Positions 33,981-42,439 of a stretch of 64,000 nucleotides of DNA are shown one piece after another (position 1 is the stretch's first letter; each line of letters opens with the position of its first letter). This DNA is from Candidatus Falkowbacteria bacterium. Its GTDB lineage: Bacteria > Patescibacteriota > Patescibacteriia > Patescibacteriales > UBA12465. Below the pieces are notes generated by a model. It saw only the letters and a list, made by a program, of their open reading frames with translations. It was not told where the DNA came from and did no database searches. The translations under genes were made by a program, and so were the position numbers. The DNA is taken from the NCBI GenBank assembly GCA_016432645.1, contig CP066698.1:133062-197061 (forward strand), given 5' to 3'.

Positions 33981-34008
33981 ATTTTAACAGATATTAAATT
34001 TTTGGCAA
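33981..34008 (-). promoter_or_regulatory. sigma70-like promoter TTGCCA-16-TAAAAT of the orphan unit
   Basis: Reverse complement read directly. Confidence 0.5.
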
Positions 34009-34036
34009 GCATTATTACTGCTTAAATTAGCTAATA

Positions 34037-34065
34037 TTGACAAAAATATATCTTTGTGATAATTT
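34037..34065 (+). promoter_or_regulatory. sigma70-like promoter TTGACA-17-TAATTT for the lipoprotein operon
   Basis: Read directly. Confidence 0.5.
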
Positions 34066-34130
34066 AGGGCTACTAGACCTTTAATATTTTAATATTAAAA
34101 ATAATCTTAAACTGATAAAATTCTGAAAAG

Positions 34131-34466
34131 ATGAAGACTATTTTTGCTTTTGCATTGTTATTAATGGGGAGCTTATTAAGCTGTACCCCAGAATCAATTG
34201 ATGTGCGGATTGTGGGCAGCAATGACACAATCCCGTTCATTGAGAACCGCTTGAACCTCTCTATCGGCGATACGTGTATCGTTGAAAAACACTGGCTTAA
34301 TTATTTTGACGGCACTTACTACCGTGAAGAGTATAAGACAGTAACTAAGATTGAATCTGAAAGACGGCTCAAGACCGCTTTTGTTTGGGCGGCTAAAGGT
34401 ACGCCGCGGGAACGCTTGGTTGAAGGCGCTGTTTATCAGCCGGCTATAGTTATCAAAAAGTATTAG
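34131..34466 (+). CDS. putative lipoprotein (111 aa)
   Basis: Signal peptide with the lipobox-like LLSC. Promoter at 34037-34065. Confidence 0.55.
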   Translation: MKTIFAFALLLMGSLLSCTPESIDVRIVGSNDTIPFIENRLNLSIGDTCIVEKHWLNYFDGTYYREEYKTVTKIESERRLKTAFVWAAKGTPRERLVEGAVYQPAIVIKKY

Positions 34467-34468
34467 CC

Positions 34469-35167
34469 ATGCGAATCCTATTGCACGGCAACTACGAAGG
34501 CCAAGCCTTTGTGTTGCGTAAAGAAAACGGCGATGTCTATCAGCGGATAGAACCGAATACTATTTTTGGTATCGGTGATTTTATCAGCTATTTTGCTAAA
34601 AGAATTTGGTGGAGTCGCCAGCCATTTATCGCGCTTATCACCCTCGGTCCTAACGAGGATGCTAAAAAAATCCGAAACTTAAAAAGAAGCCGTCAGAAAG
34701 GTTTCATTTTAAAACCAGGTAAAGGATTGTGGGCGACTTCTTTCGGTAGTGCTCATCGCGGCGTTTGGCATTTGCTAAAAACTGTCAGCGACCCAATTCT
34801 AATTGCTCTATGGTCTCATGAATTACCTTCTGATTTTTTACAGACAGTCTCTGAAATTGATACCAAGGTTTATGAGGGCGGTAATTTATGTGAGCATTCC
34901 CGGGGTGCTGGTAATTATAATTTTTCTTTTGCTACTGACGGGAATACCGCAGAACTGCGCCGCCAAGTATTTGGTAAGCATCCCCGTGGCAAATTCTGCC
35001 CGATTCGCGAAGCGACTATTCAAGTTGTTGGGGGAACATATTGCGTCCAGTCAGTCAGACGCAAGGAAAACAATGGAAAGATTTATCCCAAAGTTACCTC
35101 TGTAATTATAACCGCCGATGCTGATAAAGCAGAGGTGGCTAAAATTATCCATCAAATGATGCGTTAA
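34469..35167 (+). CDS. hypothetical protein (232 aa)
   Basis: ORF 2 nt after the lipoprotein stop. No motif recognised. Confidence 0.5.
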   Translation: MRILLHGNYEGQAFVLRKENGDVYQRIEPNTIFGIGDFISYFAKRIWWSRQPFIALITLGPNEDAKKIRNLKRSRQKGFILKPGKGLWATSFGSAHRGVWHLLKTVSDPILIALWSHELPSDFLQTVSEIDTKVYEGGNLCEHSRGAGNYNFSFATDGNTAELRRQVFGKHPRGKFCPIREATIQVVGGTYCVQSVRRKENNGKIYPKVTSVIITADADKAEVAKIIHQMMR

Positions 35168-35291
35168 ATCGCAGTAAATTTAAAATTTTTTGAGCGGTCT
35201 CTAAGTTAATTAGAGGCCGTTTTTATTTTTTATTAGTATTTCTGATTATTTAGAGTTATAATAAATTTGTAAATATTTTTATGGCAATTTT

Positions 35292-36218
35292 ATGATTAAA
35301 TATTATCAGCGCACAGTTAAAGATAATAAGCTTAAAAAATTGGCTGAGTTTCAAATCGGCAGCCTGGTTTATGTCAGCGATCCAAGCGAGGAGGAAGTCC
35401 AAATGATTTCTAAAAAATTTGCGCTGGAAGAAGGGTTGATTTTGGATGCCCTTGATCCCTACGAATCACCGCGTATGGAAATTAAAAAAAATGTCGCGTA
35501 TATTTTTTCTCGAATTCCTGAGTCTAAAGAAAGTTTAAAACAAACTTCAACTTTTCCGGTAATGTTTGCTGTTGGCAAGGATTTTTTAATGATTGTGTCT
35601 CGTAAAAATCCAGATTTTTTAATATCTATTGTTGATAAACGCAAGAAATATTTTACCACTCAGCGCACCAAATTATTTTTGCGCCTATTTTCAGAAATAG
35701 CCGGAATGTATAGTGACTTGCTTAATAAGATTAATAAAAGGATTAACTACTTTTCTCTCAATGTCGGTAATTTTAAAGATCAAGATATTATCAATTTTAT
35801 TAATTACGAGGTTATTCTTAATGATTTTATTAATGCGCTTTTGCCGCTACGCCACGTACTCACCAATATTTTATCCGGAAAAACTTTAGAGTTGTATCAA
35901 GATGATAAAGAATTGGTTGAGGATTTACAGCTTAATAATGAGCAGCTGATTGAGCGTTCAAAAAGTAATCTCACCAATATTGTTAATATCCGCCAAGCAC
36001 ATGAAGTTATTTCCACTAATCGCTTAAACCGAGTCATGAAAGTTTTAACCGTATCCACGGTTATCTTGGCATTGCCAACGATGATTACCAGTTTTTATGG
36101 AATGAATGTTCGCTTGCCTTTTGATAAAAATCCGGATGCTTATTGGGGAATCATTGCCTCGATTTTGGTTTTGATTGGTGTTTTATTGGTTTTCCTGAGA
36201 AAGAAAAAAATAATTTAG
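35292..36218 (+). CDS. corA: CorA-family magnesium/cobalt transporter
   Basis: YGMNV (GMN motif) between two C-terminal TM helices. Confidence 0.85.
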   Translation: MIKYYQRTVKDNKLKKLAEFQIGSLVYVSDPSEEEVQMISKKFALEEGLILDALDPYESPRMEIKKNVAYIFSRIPESKESLKQTSTFPVMFAVGKDFLMIVSRKNPDFLISIVDKRKKYFTTQRTKLFLRLFSEIAGMYSDLLNKINKRINYFSLNVGNFKDQDIINFINYEVILNDFINALLPLRHVLTNILSGKTLELYQDDKELVEDLQLNNEQLIERSKSNLTNIVNIRQAHEVISTNRLNRVMKVLTVSTVILALPTMITSFYGMNVRLPFDKNPDAYWGIIASILVLIGVLLVFLRKKKII

Positions 36219-36225
36219 AAATTTT

Positions 36226-36858
36226 ATGACCGTCTGGGACAAGATTTATAAAAACTATCAGGAAGGCGGGGAAGAATATGCAACCTTAAAAAAGGGATTG
36301 ATTCCAGAGTTCCTTGATTTTATCGGTTCGCGCGAGTTTAAAATTAAAAGGGTTTTGGATTTGGGTTGCGGTAACGGCAAATATTTAGTTTTTTTAAAAA
36401 ATTTAGGCTTTAAGACTGATGGCCTTGATTCCAGCCCGACTGCGGTAGAAATGACTAAAGCGGCTTTGGATGACGACTCAGATATTCGCTGTTTAAATAT
36501 GTATGATTATGAGCCGACACCAGAAAAATATGATTTGATAATTTCCGTTGCAGCGATTCATCATGGTCTTAAACTTCAGGTAAAGTCTTTAATCAAGCGT
36601 CTTTATCCAGCCTTAGTTCCTGGCGGAAGATTTTTTATTACGCTTCCTGATAATGAGGGTAGCGCCCATTGGACGATGATGGTTGGACATGAGGAAGTGG
36701 AGCCGGGAACTAGAGTTCCGCTTTCCGGTCCGGAAAAGGGCCTGCCGCATAGCTCTTTTACCAAGGAAGAAATTAAGGCGATGTTATCTGACTTTAAAAA
36801 AATTAAAATGGAGTTATTGGCTGACCAGGGCCGCTGGATAGTTAGTGGTGAAAAATAA
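36226..36858 (+). CDS. class I SAM-dependent methyltransferase
   Basis: Motif I VLDLGCGNGKY, then the acidic DGLD. Confidence 0.75.
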   Translation: MTVWDKIYKNYQEGGEEYATLKKGLIPEFLDFIGSREFKIKRVLDLGCGNGKYLVFLKNLGFKTDGLDSSPTAVEMTKAALDDDSDIRCLNMYDYEPTPEKYDLIISVAAIHHGLKLQVKSLIKRLYPALVPGGRFFITLPDNEGSAHWTMMVGHEEVEPGTRVPLSGPEKGLPHSSFTKEEIKAMLSDFKKIKMELLADQGRWIVSGEK

Positions 36859-37029
36859 TTATAATTTTGAATTTTTACATCTAATATAAGCCAAAATTAC
36901 TCCAGGCAAATATCTTGACTTAATTTAAGATATGTGCTATTATTAAGCTATTAAATCAAGATTCGAATATCAAGTATTTCTGTCATATATTAAGTGGCCT
37001 GAAAGATAATCGGGTCACTTATTTTTTTT

Positions 37030-38493
37030 ATGACTAAAAACGTTGACGCTAAGCGTCAAGCGGTTGCTTCTTCTGTTAAAGAAGAGCAATCATTTGCTGA
37101 TTTAGGAATCAGTAATTCAATCTTGGAAATTCTCAAAAAATTAAATTTAGAGATTCCCACTCCGATTCAAGCTAAAACTATTCCGGCCGCTATTTCTGGC
37201 CAGGACATTATCGGTATTGCTCAAACTGGGACCGGTAAGACTTTTGCCTTTGGTATTCCGATGCTGGAAAGACTGGGCAAGCTTAAGGGTCAGGGCTTAG
37301 TTATTGCTCCGACTCGCGAATTAGCCTTGCAGGTTGATGAAAGTATTAAGAAACTAGGACAACCGTTAGGTTTGCGCACAGCGGTTTTAATCGGCGGCGA
37401 ATCTTTGGACCGCCAGCTTTTTCATTTGCGTAAAAAACCGCATATTGTAGTTGCGACTCCTGGCCGTTTAATCGACCATTTAAAGCGCCATACTTTTAAG
37501 TTAGACCAAGTAAATACGCTCGTGCTGGATGAAGCCGACATGATGTTGGACATGGGGTTCGCCCCGCAAATCAAAGAAATTTTAGATCAGATGCCAGTTA
37601 ACCGCCAGACTATGTTATTCTCAGCGACAATGCCAGCCGCGATTGTGAAGATTGCCGCTAGTTATATGAAATTGCCGATTAGCATTGAAGTCGCTCCTCA
37701 GGGTACTACCGCCGCCCAAATCGACCAAGAAATTTTTATTATCAGAGGCGACGAACGTTTTGAGCATTTGGTAAAAGTTTTAGCTGCTTATTCTGGTTCA
37801 GTTTTAGTTTTTGTGCGCACTAAGCACGGAGTTAAAACTTTAACTATGAAATTAAAAGCCTTGGGACAGCGAGCTACCGAGATTCATTCCAACTTATCTT
37901 TAAGCCGCCGCCGTGCCGCGCTTGACGCCTTCAAGTCTCAAAGAGAACGTATTTTAGTGGCTACCGATGTGGCGGCGCGCGGGCTGGATGTTAACGGAAT
38001 TGAGCTTGTGGTTAATTATAATTTACCGGATAATTCCGAAGATTATGTCCATCGCATCGGCCGTACGGCTCGGGCCGGAAAATCCGGCAAAGCCATCACC
38101 TTCGCCACTATCGATGAACGTAAAGAAATTATGGCAATTGAAAAATTGATTAATAAAAGCATTAAGCGAACGGAATTTGCGAAAATATCAACTCCTCAAT
38201 TTTCTCATCCGAAAATATCCGCTGATCAAAGCCGAAAAAAATCTTTTACGGCTAAACCTTTCCGTTCCTCAGTTTCCTCTAAGCCCTTCCGCTCATCAGC
38301 TACTGGTGGGGCGCAGCAATTCCGTAGCCGCGGTGTTGAGGCTAAGCCTTTTCGCCCCAAGCTTTCAGCCAGTGCGGCGGCGCGTCGCAGCCATCCAAAT
38401 GCCGGCAGTGGGCGCCCTATGGCTAATAGGCGTCCAACTGGCCAACCCTTTTTTGGTAAAGCAGTGGCCCCTAAATTTAAAAGAAGTAGATAA
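37030..38493 (+). CDS. DEAD-box ATP-dependent RNA helicase with a basic repeat tail
   Basis: Q-motif region, AQTGTGKT, DEAD, SAT and HRIGRTAR. The C-terminus has KPFRS repeats. Confidence 0.9.
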   Translation: MTKNVDAKRQAVASSVKEEQSFADLGISNSILEILKKLNLEIPTPIQAKTIPAAISGQDIIGIAQTGTGKTFAFGIPMLERLGKLKGQGLVIAPTRELALQVDESIKKLGQPLGLRTAVLIGGESLDRQLFHLRKKPHIVVATPGRLIDHLKRHTFKLDQVNTLVLDEADMMLDMGFAPQIKEILDQMPVNRQTMLFSATMPAAIVKIAASYMKLPISIEVAPQGTTAAQIDQEIFIIRGDERFEHLVKVLAAYSGSVLVFVRTKHGVKTLTMKLKALGQRATEIHSNLSLSRRRAALDAFKSQRERILVATDVAARGLDVNGIELVVNYNLPDNSEDYVHRIGRTARAGKSGKAITFATIDERKEIMAIEKLINKSIKRTEFAKISTPQFSHPKISADQSRKKSFTAKPFRSSVSSKPFRSSATGGAQQFRSRGVEAKPFRPKLSASAAARRSHPNAGSGRPMANRRPTGQPFFGKAVAPKFKRSR

Positions 38494-38561
38494 ATATGCT
38501 AAAATAAAACCGTTCCTTTAGGGGGACGGTTTTTTGTTCAAAATTATTTTATTTTAAGCTT

Positions 38562-38993
38562 ATGCCGGTACATGAAGGGAAAATCAGGGGTTTAGCGGTC
38601 GCTTTAATCAGACAAGGGAATAAAGTGTTAGTTTCTCCCGGTCATGATGATGTTAGGGGTACAGATTTTTATCGCCTACTCGGCGGCGGCATTGAATTTG
38701 GAGAAACCAGTTTGGAAGCGGTGGTTCGGGAAATACGTGAAGAATTGAATGTCGAACTAGAAAACATTAAGTTGCTGGATATTGTGGAAAACATTTTTAC
38801 TTATAACGGTAAACCAGGACACGAATTTTCTTTTATTTACGAAGCAGAATTTGTTGATAAAAGTCTCTATCAGCAAGAGAGTTTTAAAATTATTGATAGC
38901 GGCGAGGAATTTAAGGCTGTTTGGGTAGAAATTAATGAAAGTAATGCTGACAAATTATTCCCCGGCAATTGGCAAAAAAATAAAATATTTTAA
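38562..38993 (+). CDS. Nudix hydrolase
   Basis: Nudix box GGGIEFGETSLEAVVREIREELNV. Confidence 0.8.
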   Translation: MPVHEGKIRGLAVALIRQGNKVLVSPGHDDVRGTDFYRLLGGGIEFGETSLEAVVREIREELNVELENIKLLDIVENIFTYNGKPGHEFSFIYEAEFVDKSLYQQESFKIIDSGEEFKAVWVEINESNADKLFPGNWQKNKIF

Positions 38994-39004
38994 TTTTTAC
39001 ATGT

Positions 39005-39475
39005 ATGAAAGTTTTAATTATTTTTGATTCTATGTATGGCAATACGGAAATTATCGCGCGTGATATTGCCAAAGCTTTTCCTCAGGAAAATATGCGTTTG
39101 CTTAATGTCAAAGAAGTAAAAGTAGCTGATTTGTTGGATGTTCAGCTCTTAATTGTCGGCTCGCCGACTTATGGTGGCCGCCCCAAACAAGAAACTCAAA
39201 CATTTTTGGAAATGATTCCGGACGCCGCTTTAACTGGTAAAAAGGTGGCTGCTTTTGATACTAGGTTTCTGGCCGCAGAACAAAGTTTTGGTTTACGGCT
39301 TTTAATGAAAACAATCGGTTACGCCGCGCCGCGGATTTTAAAAATTCTCGTTGCGAAGGGCGGAGAGGCTATTTCGGCGCCCGAAGGTTTTATTGTTCAG
39401 GGTAAGCAGGGAGCGCTTAAGGACGGAGAAAGGGAACGGGCAGCTCTTTGGGGAAAAAACTTGTCGTTATCTTAA
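39005..39475 (+). CDS. flavodoxin-like protein
   Basis: MKVLIIFDSMYGNTE FMN-phosphate loop and GSPTYGG. Confidence 0.7.
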   Translation: MKVLIIFDSMYGNTEIIARDIAKAFPQENMRLLNVKEVKVADLLDVQLLIVGSPTYGGRPKQETQTFLEMIPDAALTGKKVAAFDTRFLAAEQSFGLRLLMKTIGYAAPRILKILVAKGGEAISAPEGFIVQGKQGALKDGERERAALWGKNLSLS

Positions 39476-39526
39476 AAAAGTATTAAACTTATAATAGTTA
39501 ATATTAAACTAAAAAATAAAAAAAGT

Positions 39527-39958
39527 ATGAACAAAAAAGGTTTTACCTTAATAGAACTTTTGGTGGTAATTGCTATCATTGGACTATTAACAACCATGTC
39601 AGTGCTGGCTCTGCAATCATCTCGAGCTAGAGCCCGCGATGCTAAACGTTTAAGCGATGTTAAGCAATTACAGACTGCCCTCGGTTTGTATGAACACGAT
39701 GCTCAATCTTACCCGGCAACCGCCAGCATCACTCCCGGTGCATCTATAAGCTACAACGGCGTCGTTTATATGGCGCTTATTCCGGCTCCGCCAATTCCTG
39801 ATGACGGTTGCTCTGGTTCAACTCAATATACCTATGCCATGCAAACTGTTAGTGGGGATCAAACTTCATACACGCTTAAGTACTGTTTGGGCGCGACCAC
39901 GGCCGAAATTCCTTCTGGTCTTAATGTTGCCACCCCAGCTGGTATTACTAGCGAATAA
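39527..39958 (+). CDS. type IV pilin / pseudopilin (prepilin-type N-terminal cleavage-methylation domain)
   Basis: KGFTLIELLVVIAIIG class III signal. Confidence 0.8.
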   Translation: MNKKGFTLIELLVVIAIIGLLTTMSVLALQSSRARARDAKRLSDVKQLQTALGLYEHDAQSYPATASITPGASISYNGVVYMALIPAPPIPDDGCSGSTQYTYAMQTVSGDQTSYTLKYCLGATTAEIPSGLNVATPAGITSE

Positions 39959-39972
39959 TATACAATATATTG

Positions 39973-41109
39973 ATGGATGTTTATCAGGAGTCGTTAGCAC
40001 TTCATAAAAAATATCAAGGAAAATTGGAAGTTCGGAGCAAAGTGCCGCTTGGCAGCCGCTCCGAACTTTCTTTGGCTTATAGCCCTGGAGTGGCCGAAAT
40101 TTCTCGAGCCATCGCCGCAGACAAATCTTTAGCGGCCAGCCTAACTCTTAAGGGTAATACGGTGGCGGTTATTAGCGATGGCAGCGCTATTTTAGGTTTA
40201 GGCAATTTAGGCCCCGAAGCGGCTTTGCCGGTTATGGAAGGGAAATGCGTACTTTTTAAAGAGTTCGCTGGGGTTGATGCTTTCCCGATTTGTTTAGCAA
40301 CTCAAGATGAGGAAGAAATAATTAAAACCGTTAAATTAATTGCCTCTAATTTTGGCGGCATTAACTTGGAAGATATTTCCGCTCCCCGGTGTTTTAACAT
40401 CGAAGCACGGTTGAAAGCAGAACTAGATATTCCGGTAATGCATGATGATCAGCATGGTACCGCGACTGTGGTTCTAGCTGGTTTGATAAATTCTTTAAAG
40501 TTGCGAAGTTTGGATAAAACTGAAGCGCGGCTGGTTATTAGCGGCGCCGGAGCAGCTGGTGATGCGATTGCTAAAATTTTAATTGATTACGGATTTATTA
40601 ATATAATCGTAGTTGACCGGGAGGGAGCAATTTATGAGGGGCGGCCCGGCCTTAATGAAGCCAAGATTAAATTAGCAGCCTTTACAAACCGCGAAAAAAA
40701 ATCCGGCAGCTTGGAGGCAATAATCAAAGATGCTCATGTTTTTATCGGTGTGAGCGCTCCCGGAATTTTAAGCCCGGAGATGATAAAAACGATGGCTGAA
40801 AAACCAATTATCTTTGCGCTGGCTAATCCGATTCCGGAAATTATGCCTGACATGGCTGAAGTGGCGGGGGCATTTATTGTTGCCACCGGACGCAGTGATT
40901 TTAAAAATCAAATCAATAATGTCTTGGCGTTCCCGGGAATTTTTCGCGGGGCGCTGGATAATAAAGTCAAACAAATTACTGATTCCATGCTGGTTCGAGC
41001 CGCTGAAAATCTAGCTGCTTTGGTTGTCGCCCCAAATACGTCATTAATTTTACCTGACCCCTTTGATAAGCAAGTGGCGCTCGCCGTCGCCAGAGCAATT
41101 TTTGAATAA
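39973..41109 (+). CDS. NAD(P)-dependent malic enzyme (short form)
   Basis: LSLAYSPGVA, GNLGPEAALPVMEGK, FGGINLEDI and GAGAAG are typical of malic enzymes. The ATG at 39973 lies directly after the TTG at 39970. Confidence 0.85.
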   Translation: MDVYQESLALHKKYQGKLEVRSKVPLGSRSELSLAYSPGVAEISRAIAADKSLAASLTLKGNTVAVISDGSAILGLGNLGPEAALPVMEGKCVLFKEFAGVDAFPICLATQDEEEIIKTVKLIASNFGGINLEDISAPRCFNIEARLKAELDIPVMHDDQHGTATVVLAGLINSLKLRSLDKTEARLVISGAGAAGDAIAKILIDYGFINIIVVDREGAIYEGRPGLNEAKIKLAAFTNREKKSGSLEAIIKDAHVFIGVSAPGILSPEMIKTMAEKPIIFALANPIPEIMPDMAEVAGAFIVATGRSDFKNQINNVLAFPGIFRGALDNKVKQITDSMLVRAAENLAALVVAPNTSLILPDPFDKQVALAVARAIFE

Positions 41110-41150
41110 TAAAAAAGCTAAATTTATATATAATTATTAATTATAAAAAT

Positions 41151-42020
41151 ATGAAAAAACTACTTGCTATTTCGTTAGCAGCAATCATGATTTTTTCCTT
41201 TGTAGCCTTGTCGCCAATTTTGGCGGAGCAGGAACAAGAACAGGAAAGAGAACAAGAGCACAAATCTACCAGCACAACGTCCGTAAAGCCGGAATCAAAT
41301 GACATTAAAACTAGACAATTAATGTCCAGTCTCGAGAAAATTTTAACACCCGAGCAAATTAAGAATTTTACTAACATCGTTCGACAGGGTAATAGCCTTT
41401 ATGGCGTGAGAAAAATGGCCAGCAGTACGGAAGCTGAGCGTGTAGCTAGCACTACTCCGGAAAAAGATAAAGGAAATGGCAATAATTTATCCAGACAATT
41501 TGAAAAAATTGCCGCTCCTTGGCTGCTCCATCAATATGAACAGATTAAAAAAGTGGGAACGGCTCTTTGGGGTTTAAAGAAGATGGACGGCGATAAAAAT
41601 CAAGAGCCAAAAAAAGCCAGCTCTACTCCTAAATACGTAACTTCCAGCCAATCAGCTTGTGTTATCAGCGCTATTAAGACCAAAGACGCGGCTCTTAAAA
41701 CTAATAATGATGCGACTACCTTAGCCTTTAATAATGCTATTTCTAGCCGTACTACTTGCCAAGAGGCAGCAATTAATGCGACCGTAGCTGCGACCTCTAC
41801 TCCTGATTTAATAAAACAACAGCGCTCCGAACTGCAGCTTTGTTTACAGGCTTTTAAAGAAAGTGCTCATAGTATTAAAGAAAAAGCAGCCGCTGATCAT
41901 AAAACAGTTTGGACGGCTTACCTTAACGAATTAAAAATTTGCGGAAACTCCACTAGCACTGCGGAGGCCTTAATGGTTGAGGATGGTGGCGGGAATATTC
42001 TAGAAGGTATTATGGAATAA
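41151..42020 (+). CDS. hypothetical secreted protein (289 aa)
   Basis: Signal peptide, EQ repeat, and an internal duplicated EKI..P...I....G..L.G..KM motif. Confidence 0.5.
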   Translation: MKKLLAISLAAIMIFSFVALSPILAEQEQEQEREQEHKSTSTTSVKPESNDIKTRQLMSSLEKILTPEQIKNFTNIVRQGNSLYGVRKMASSTEAERVASTTPEKDKGNGNNLSRQFEKIAAPWLLHQYEQIKKVGTALWGLKKMDGDKNQEPKKASSTPKYVTSSQSACVISAIKTKDAALKTNNDATTLAFNNAISSRTTCQEAAINATVAATSTPDLIKQQRSELQLCLQAFKESAHSIKEKAAADHKTVWTAYLNELKICGNSTSTAEALMVEDGGGNILEGIME

Positions 42021-42219
42021 AATATTCACTCCTAGTTAAAAGATAAAAAATAAAAAGGTATTCTTGGAAGAATACCTTTTTTGTTATTGAGGAGGCAGTG
42101 TTATCATTGCTAATAAGTTGGAAATAAGAGTCAAAATTTTGACCAAAATTTCGTTAGCAAGACTAACTGTCTCTGGAGGCAAACACCATCTGAGTACTAG
42201 AATGGCTAATAACAGGGCT

Positions 42220-42245
42220 AAAAAATTCTTAAACATATGTTTAAG
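42220..42245 (-). terminator. intrinsic terminator of an orphan minus-strand unit
   Basis: Perfect palindrome CTTAAACATATGTTTAAG followed on the minus strand by AATTTTTT. Confidence 0.5.
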
Positions 42246-42341
42246 GGTTAGGGGTAAAGATTTAACATCTTTTTACCCCCAGCAAATTTTAGCTGCTGCC
42301 ATTGGTTTGCCCTATATTTATATTTAGAAAGAACTAATTAT

Positions 42342-42370
42342 AGAATATCAAATAATTTAATTTTTGTCAA
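42342..42370 (-). promoter_or_regulatory. candidate promoter TTGACA-17-TATTCT of an orphan minus-strand unit. Its -35 overlaps the -35 of the plus-strand TTGTCA-17-TAAAAT promoter (42364-42392).
   Basis: Read directly on both strands. Confidence 0.4.
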
Positions 42371-42439
42371 GTGGTTTAATTTAGCCTAAAATCTGATATA
42401 ATTAAGCTTAACTTTAGTTTTTATATTTAAATTTATTTT

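Noticed and set aside
42118-42327. 69-aa TTG-initiated plus-strand ORF.
   Set aside because: It lies directly after a strong terminator, with no promoter. The region is better explained by a minus-strand promoter-to-terminator unit. Kept only as an alternative in the finding.
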